This document shows, piece after piece, positions 58,078-64,000 of a DNA stretch of 64,000 bases (within the stretch, counting starts at the first letter, position 1; every line of letters begins with the position of its first letter). Under the pieces are notes generated by a model, which was not told the origin of the DNA, did not search any database, and was given only the letters and a program-made list of their open reading frames with translations. The position numbers and the translations under genes were made by a program. This stretch comes from Novakomyces olei. Its lineage: Eukaryota. The DNA is taken from positions 1,116,001-1,180,000 of the forward strand of contig JADEYG010000007.1 in assembly GCA_016906335.1 (NCBI GenBank). The letters run 5' to 3'.

Positions 58078-60128
58078 ATGCTACACCGGGCGGCTGCTCC
58101 GGCTGCAGCGCGTAGCGCTAACCTTGTGCGGTACGCTTCGAGGCTCCTTATTTCTGATCTAATCGATTACAGCACAATGTCGTCCAGCACAATGCTCTCT
58201 GAGCAGATCAACAAGTACAGCGCTCAGATAACATCAAACAAGTCGCAGGGTGCCAGCCAGGCAATGCGTAAGTTTCTACAGCAAATCTTTCACCAAAAGT
58301 GTAAGCGGGTTGCTGATTGACAAGTTTATGCGTGCGGACTCGACTCTGAAGACATGAAGAAAGCCCAAGTTGGGATTGCCAGTGTGTAAGGCAAACATGT
58401 GAAGAAGAATTGAAAAATAAAATGGAAAAAAATATACAAAATAAAAACAATCACAAAATAACTAAGCATCAATTGATTTCGTCTCTTTTAATCTTTTCGT
58501 ACCGGTTTTCATTTTCAAAATTTGGGTTTTTATATGTTAATTATCCATTTTACTGACAGACGTACAGCTGGTTCGAGGGAAACCCTTGCAATATGCACCT
58601 TCTCGACCTTGGCCGGCGTGTGAAACAAGGGGTGCGCAAAGCCGGTCTTGTGGGCTTACAATTCAATACTATCGGCGTTAGTGACGGCATTTCCAACGGC
58701 ACAGACGGAATGAGATTCAGCTTGCAATCACGTGAAATCATCGCCGATTCGATTGAGACAGTAACTAACGGCCAATTGTACGACGCCAACATTTCCGTAC
58801 CCGGCTGTGACAAAAACATGCCCGGGTGTTTAATGGCCATGGGCCGTATGAATCGTCCAGCCTTGATGGTTTATGGAGGCACTATTCGTGCTGGCCACTG
58901 TGCCAGTATGAATAATGCCCCCATCGATATCATCAGTGCCTTCCAGTCTTATGGCCAATACATTGCTGGCCAAATTACCGAGGAACAACGTATGGATATT
59001 ATCACTCACGCTTGCCCGGGTGGAGGTGCCTGTGGAGGTATGTATACTGCAAATACAATGGCTTCTTGCGCAGAAGCTATGGGAATGACGCTTCCCGGTT
59101 CTTCTTCTTTTCCCGCCGGTAGTCCCGAAAAGTTTGCCGAGTGTGAGGCGGCCGGAGCTGCTATCCGGGTCCTTTTAGAGCGGGATATTAAGCCTCGAGA
59201 TATCATGACCCGGGCGGCCTTTGAGAACGCAATGGTTCTTACAATGATCCTTGGGGGATCTACAAATGCGGTCCTGCATCTCGTAGCAATTGCCCATTCT
59301 GTCGGTATTAAATTGACCTTGGAAGACTTTGAACGTGTCAGCGATAAAACGCCCTTTATCGCAGACGTAAAGCCTAGTGGAAAATACGTAATGGAAGATC
59401 TAAATGCTGTGGGTGGAGTCCCCGCTGTACTTAAATTGCTACTGCGCCACAACCTTATCGATGGCAATATTATGACGGTCACTGGAAAGACACTGGCCGA
59501 AAACTTGAAGGATCTGCCTGATCTCAAGGAAGGCCAGCAAATTATTCGTCCGCTAGACAAGCCCATCAAACCAGAGGGCCATATTCGCATTTTACGTGGC
59601 TCTTTGGCGCCAGACGGTGCTGTTGCCAAGATTACGGGTAAGGAGGGAACTTTTTTCAGAGGAAAAGCCCGTGTATTTGACAATGAATCACTTTTCGCCT
59701 CTGCTATTGAAACTGGAAAGATTCCAAAAGGTGAAAAGCTGGTTATAATTATCCGTTATGAAGGTCCACGTGGCGGTCCAGGCATGCCAGAGATGTTGAA
59801 GCCTTCCAGTCTTATTATGGGCTACGGCCTGGGCAAAGATGTGGCCCTTATCACCGATGGCCGATTCTCGGGTGGCTCTCACGGATTCGTGGTTGGCCAT
59901 GTGACGCCAGAGGCGCAGTTGGGCGGCCCTATTGCTCTTGTACGTGACGACGACGAAATTGTGATTGATGCGACACAAAATACGATTGATGTGAATATTA
60001 GCGAGGATGAAATGTCAAAGAGACGCGCTTCTTGGACAGCACCACCGCTGCGCTACCGTCAGGGTACTTTGTACAAGTACGCCAAGCTTGTATCTACCGC
60101 CACGGATGGTTGCATAACTGATGGTTAA
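58078..60128 (+). CDS. ILV3: Mitochondrial dihydroxy-acid dehydratase, 4 exons
   Basis: Presequence; [75 protein letters not shown]. Confidence 0.96.
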
Positions 60129-60436
60129 ACAGCTAGTTGGGTTAGTTTCGAACAAATAAATAAATAAGCAAGCAAACAAACAAACAAACAAATAAACAAA
60201 TAATTAATTAATTAATTATATGCTTATATGTCTATATGTATTGAGAAATGTAGAAATGCTTTGCTCATTTGTCTATCTAAAATAGACCTTTTATATGTAG
60301 AATAGCCATACTTAAAATTACTGTATTAAATAAAAGCTGCCCACGTCAACGGTCGATCACGTGACCTCAGCCCACGCAGCTCCACAAAAGGAAATTCCTT
60401 TTAAGAACAAAGAGATTGGCAGATTCAACAATCACA

Positions 60437-61410
60437 ATGAGCGAAGCAGAGCTTTGGCGAAAGGTGTTAGGCAGTGCAGATCACGGCGATACTGAGCAGG
60501 CTATTTACTATCTAAAGGTACAAATTTACAAAGCCAACTACTGAAGGAATAGAAACTGCAGCCATCGGCAAAAATATATTTCAATCTGGCTATTCTCTGC
60601 CAAAGACAAAGCGATCATCAAAGTGCAGTAAGTTGCTTACACGGAGACTAGACTGATGATTAGTTAAAGTATGCCTGCAATGCGGCTGCTCTGGATCCAG
60701 CTATGGCAGTAGCTCATGGGTATGCTGGCTACCTATGTGCCCTACTGCGGGACAACAATAGCCGTTCCCATATGGAACAGTGTTTAGGGGTGAGTGAATC
60801 GAGTCGTTTTCGTCGCAAAGTCAGATATTCATATTTTGAATACAGTTTTTTTCAAAAACTTTTGTCTGTGCTCGTATTTTTGCATTTTATTTTGGGGTCT
60901 TCACATCTAGACAAGATACACACTCCTAATAGTGACCGAGGACCATAATTTAGTATCTGTTAAAGCTTTATTTATATATATTGTTTGCGCGTCCGATACT
61001 GACGTTAGTGGGTACTGCCTTCGGCTTGCATTGATTATCGTCAGCTTGGTTTGAATTATATTGTATGGCAGGTTCATGTACTGGCCGATCTAATTACCCT
61101 CGCACTCGGCCAGGGCGACCTGGCTTCCGCAGAACAATACTACTCACAGTTACGTAAACATCTAGCTCACAGGCACCCAGACGAGCTCGTACACTGTCCC
61201 CAGCACGTTCACGAATTCGCCAAAAGGACGCTGTCGTTTGCCAGTATCACAGATATTTTCCGACCGCAGGAGCAAAGGCTCCACTACTCGGACGAAATAG
61301 CGCAAATCAACACTGCTCTCGACCAAGATTTGGTGTCTCCCCAGCCTTCCTTATCCTCATGCGACGATGACTTTACCCAGATAATAATGGAGTACGCAGA
61401 CTTACGGTAG
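60437..61410 (+). CDS. Divergent, truncated NoxR/p67phox-like TPR protein, about 227 aa, 4 exons
   Basis: Exons 60437-60517, 60553-60627, 60664-60789 and 61009-61410 give SAKIYFNLA, ALDPAMAVAH, IDYRQLGLNY and IFRP. These match the order of the NoxR N-terminal motifs (SKILFN, LDxYLAVAY, IDYxQLGL, VYRP). Confidence 0.65.
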
Positions 61411-61599
61411 TACAGAAAGAATACAATGGACGGTCCGTCCAAGACATAGTACGGGACCGCGATTGCGCAGACAAACAAATGTATAAAGCAAGCAACGATA
61501 ATAACAAAACGTACATCAAACCCTACACGCCTACAGTGGACTGGCCAAAGAAAAAAAGTTGCAAGTATAGGCCAACATCTTTATTAATTTAAACAAAGA

Positions 61600-62091
<492 letters not shown>

Positions 62092-62146
62092 TCAGAATGC
62101 AAACTATGCCGTATGTTGTGGGTCTTTGGCCAATATATCATCCAAA

Positions 62147-62169
62147 TGTGACTTGTGTAACCCTACCCT
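62147..62169 (-). promoter_or_regulatory. Homol E box plus near-consensus Homol D box upstream of RPS31
   Basis: Minus strand reads AGGGTAGGGT (62169-62160, exact Homol E), 5 nt, then AAGTCACA (62154-62147; Homol D consensus CAGTCACA), about 90 nt before the ATG. Confidence 0.7.
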
Positions 62170-62599
62170 AACGCTGATTGTCGCTCGTGTATATATCCAT
62201 TGTCCGTGTTCCGCCATGGGGTGTATTCGCTAGGTAATATTCGTGCAAAAGAGCCATGAGAATAACTGCATTTACACAAGTAATGTTAATGTACGATATT
62301 TTTAATCCGCGAATAGGCCAATTCGGTCGGCTTATAAAAGCTACAGAAAATAATAGCCTATGGCGGAGCCTTTTATTACTTGCCGATGAAATGTCTCACT
62401 GTGCGCCATACAAACCCGACAAAATTAACGAGAAGATTAACGGTAGTGAGTGTCCACAAAAGCCGGAAATAAATTGGGACGGCAGAGCTCGAGACAATTG
62501 ACAATGTTTGATGAATAATACACGATATAATCGCCACAAGTGTCGAAGATTAAAGACAAAATAATAAGACACTAAAACTAGTCAAAGTTAATCTATAAA

Positions 62600-62651
62600 T
62601 CTTCTATATCTATCTTCTATATCTATCTTCCATATCTATCTTCTATATCTA
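62600..62651. repeat. 13-mer minisatellite (TCTTCTATATCTA)4
   Basis: Directly visible; one unit has a substitution. Confidence 0.85.
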
Positions 62652-62927
62652 TCTGCATCTATCTGAATCTAATTCTGAATAATATCTAACCAATTAATTA
62701 ACCAGTCATTTTCAATCATTTAATGGCATCGCAACAATAAATTATCATATATTAAAATTGAGCGATCAATTATTCAGACTCTATATAGATTCACAAGCTG
62801 CACACACTCGTGTGGCGTGTGACCAATTGCAAGAAAAGCGCCAACTTCCTTACATGGATCGGTAGCTGAGATCACCGTGTCTGCCCGGGAATAGAGCTCG
62901 TTTTCTTGTTAATTTTTTTTATTTAGT

Positions 62928-64000
62928 ATGCATCAGATCAAAGTCATATCCGGCACGTCTCATCCTGCATTGGCGGAAACAACGGCGCACCGGCTCGGAC
63001 TGCAGTTGGCACCAGTTTCGCTCAAACGCTTCTCGAATCAGGAGACCTCTGTTGAAATTGGTACATTTGTTTATTGTTGCTATGGCTAATGGCAAAGGCG
63101 TTTCCATTCGCAACGAGCATGTCTTTCTCATTCAAAGCGGCTCTTCACAGTATGCAAAGATATTGCTATCGTACACCCGCTAATATCCAGCATCAATGAT
63201 CATTTGATGGAGCTTTTGATTATGGCTCAAGCCTGCCGCGGCGGATCGGCGGAAAGGGTTGTAGGCAAGTTCAAACTATGGTTTTCGTGTACCTAACAAG
63301 CTCAGCCGTCCTTCCTTACTTTCCATATTCAAAACAGTCAAAGATGAAAAAGTATCGCGGTGCCATCACAGCTCGAAGTAAGTGGTTTTGTTTTCACTGA
63401 TGTTTTGAGCCAACAAGCGCCGAGGACTGCTGTATTTACACGGCTAACCCGTCCTGTTTGTATAATCATAATTGTTTTTATTCTTATTATTTAATGTTTG
63501 AATAATGTTTAAATAGTGCCACACTTTTGGCTTTCGGCCATGACTAATTTGCAGTGGTGGCAAATTTGCTCTACATTTCCGGCGTAACGCATGTCATTAC
63601 TATGGACTTGCATGCCTCACAAATGCAGGGTTTTTTCAAAGTGCCTGTAGACAATCTTTCCCCTGAACCCACAATGGCACGCTGGATCTGCGAAAATGTG
63701 AAGGAGTACCGGGACACTGTTATTGTCAGCAAGAACGCCGGGGCAGCAAAACGTGTAACGCGTCTGGCTGATAATTTGGGACTGAGCTTTGCTCTCATCA
63801 ACACAGATCGTCGACGAGGCGGCTATGGAGGAACATCTGCAGCAGCAGCGGCAGCAGCAGGTATACTGGCCAATGAAGCAGTCGAAGAAGCAGTAGAGGA
63901 AGACAAAGAAGCCAGAGAAGCACAAGAGGCAGCCACTGCAGAAGCCGCAGACGATGAAGACGAAGCTAGATTTCCAGACGAAATACCCAGCCTTTACCAG
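62928..64000 (+). CDS. PRS1: Ribose-phosphate pyrophosphokinase, Prs1-type; multi-exon, 3' end beyond the window
   Basis: FSNQETSVEIGVSIRNEHVFLIQSG, INDHLMELL, PYFPYSKQSKMKKYRGAITARMVANLL, MDLHASQMQGFF, VSKNAGAAKR, followed by a low-complexity insertion typical of the Prs1 non-homologous region. Confidence 0.9.

Overview
This is eukaryotic (fungal) nuclear DNA. It is gene-dense, with many very short spliceosomal introns (35-60 nt, often ending in AAG) and AT-rich micro/minisatellites in intergenic and intronic DNA. Gene content and signals (orb6, eIF3h, Rad9 of the 9-1-1 clamp, MCM-BP, Homol E/D boxes, intron-containing tRNA-Lys starting with U) suggest an early-diverging ascomycete, probably Taphrinomycotina. 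It is probably not Schizosaccharomyces, since a velvet gene, a NoxR-like gene and a nad1 NUMT are present; this placement is inference. About 25 spliced or intronless protein genes, one tRNA and one complete rDNA unit (18S-5.8S-28S plus an antisense 5S) are reconstructed. Most notable: (1) a lone rDNA unit flanked on both sides by unique genes, two of them ribosome-biogenesis factors; (2) a 1.39-kb DBP2 intron with strand-specific, partly interleaved RNA helices; (3) SNU66 with two HIND motifs, each split by an intron at the identical codon position; (4) a truncated, TPR-only NoxR/p67phox-like gene; (5) about 30 tandem TATA boxes in front of the NC2-alpha gene; (6) a fission-yeast-type Homol E/Homol D promoter and telobox arrays; (7) a mitochondrial nad1 fragment inserted in nuclear DNA. 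All gene models were spliced by eye and no database searches were run.
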